Below, one piece after another: positions 62,675-64,000 of a stretch of 64,000 bases of DNA. The stretch comes from Octopus bimaculoides (Eukaryota). Position numbers and translations under genes: made by a program. The notes beneath the pieces were generated by a model, which was not told the origin of the DNA, made no database searches, and worked only from the letters and a program-made list of their open reading frames with translations. The stretch covers positions 35,696,679-35,760,678 of the forward strand of contig NC_069003.1 of assembly GCF_001194135.2 (NCBI RefSeq), in the 5' to 3' direction. Each line of letters opens with the position of its first letter. The stretch's first letter is position 1.

Positions 62675-63737
62675 NNNNNNNNNNNNNNNNNNNNNNNNNN
62701 NNNNNNNNNNNNNNNNNNNNNNNNNNNNNNNNNNNNNNNNNNNNNNNNNNNNNNNNNNNNNNNNNNNNNNNNNNNNNNNNNNNNNNNNNNNNNNNNNNNN
62801 NNNNNNNNNNNNNNNNNNNNNNNNNNNNNNNNNNNNNNNNNNNNNNNNNNNNNNNNNNNNNNNNNNNNNNNNNNNNNNNNNNNNNNNNNNNNNNNNNNNN
62901 NNNNNNNNNNNNNNNNNNNNNNNNNNNNNNNNNNNNNNNNNNNNNNNNNNNNNNNNNNNNNNNNNNNNNNNNNNNNNNNNNNNNNNNNNNNNNNNNNNNN
63001 NNNNNNNNNNNNNNNNNNNNNNNNNNNNNNNNNNNNNNNNNNNNNNNNNNNNNNNNNNNNNNNNNNNNNNNNNNNNNNNNNNNNNNNNNNNNNNNNNNNN
63101 GAGGTGGCGGCGGCGGCGTCGGTGATGAGGGTGATGACGACGACGATGGGGCATGGGGTTATGGTGATGATGGTATCAACAGAGTCATTATGCCACTGTT
63201 GATGCATATATCTGTTGTACATGACCAACACTGATGTAATGTCTTCCTACTTACAATATTACAAGTTTTGTTGCCTTTTTCATAAAATGGAAATTGTGAC
63301 ATGAATTTTCTTTAAGCTTGCATCCAGTTTAATGATTGACATAAGCTGTTATTTCCTCTTATCTTTTTTACTATATTGCAGTTTACAGAAATATGCTTAG
63401 GGGCGGTTCACACTCTATGCCTGATCTTTTTTTTTCTCGGACGAACAAAACATTTTCATTATTTAAATACTCTGCGCAGCCAAATGCACTTGCCCGGACT
63501 GGCTGGGTATACATTATACATACTGACAGAAAAAAATCCCTTCTATTCTAAAGGTTTGTCCTCCCATTTTAGTTGTATTTATATTAAGCAATTCGCTTCA
63601 CTTTTATTTTATATATAATGGTCATAGATGTCATAAGTTTTAGTAGGATGAACAGAAGAGACAGTAATAGTAGTATATAGTTATAATTGCTAGAAATTAT
63701 TGTAGCTACATTGATAGAAATCATTGATTTTTATATC

Positions 63738-63779
<42 letters not shown>

Positions 63780-63804
63780 CACACACACACGCACNNNNNN
63801 NNNN

Positions 63805-63836
<32 letters not shown>

Positions 63837-64000
63837 CACACACACACGCACGCACACACACGCACACACACACACACGTTCGTACACATATTATATTACG
63901 CATAAATACGCTTTACTACCACATCTACCACTACTACCACTCCAACTACTTTTGCTATAACAACAATACCTACTACTACTACTACTACTACTACAACTAC

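Overview
AT-rich, repeat-saturated eukaryotic non-coding DNA from a draft assembly. It has 13 N-gaps (about 718-1002, 2224-2277, 5778-5787, 8292-8427, 11007-11263, 20446-20455, 23307-23476, 34676-34685, 36001-36010, 36852-37137, 44710-45253, 62675-63100, 63795-63804). The tRNA-derived SINE families and repeat landscape match what I recall of octopus genomes (inference; no search run). There is no recognisable intact host gene, RNA gene or CRISPR array; one candidate minus-strand coding exon lies at 7511-7783. Almost all interpretable sequence is decayed mobile DNA: about 13 fragments of restriction-like-endonuclease (R4/Dong-type) non-LTR retrotransposons, three tRNA-SINE families, Penelope-like fragments including a minimal hammerhead ribozyme motif, one Tx1/L1-like element, CR1/L2- and RTE-like 3' ends, three mariner relics, one Chapaev3-like DNA transposon and many microsatellites. 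The most notable structure is microsatellite-linked retroelement stacking. Most Dong-like pieces and a 558-bp non-coding element with no Pol III head abut (TAA)n tracts, while one member of a distinct RLE subfamily is flanked on both sides by (TACA)n. All family names come from motif recognition by eye, and boundaries of decayed elements are approximate.
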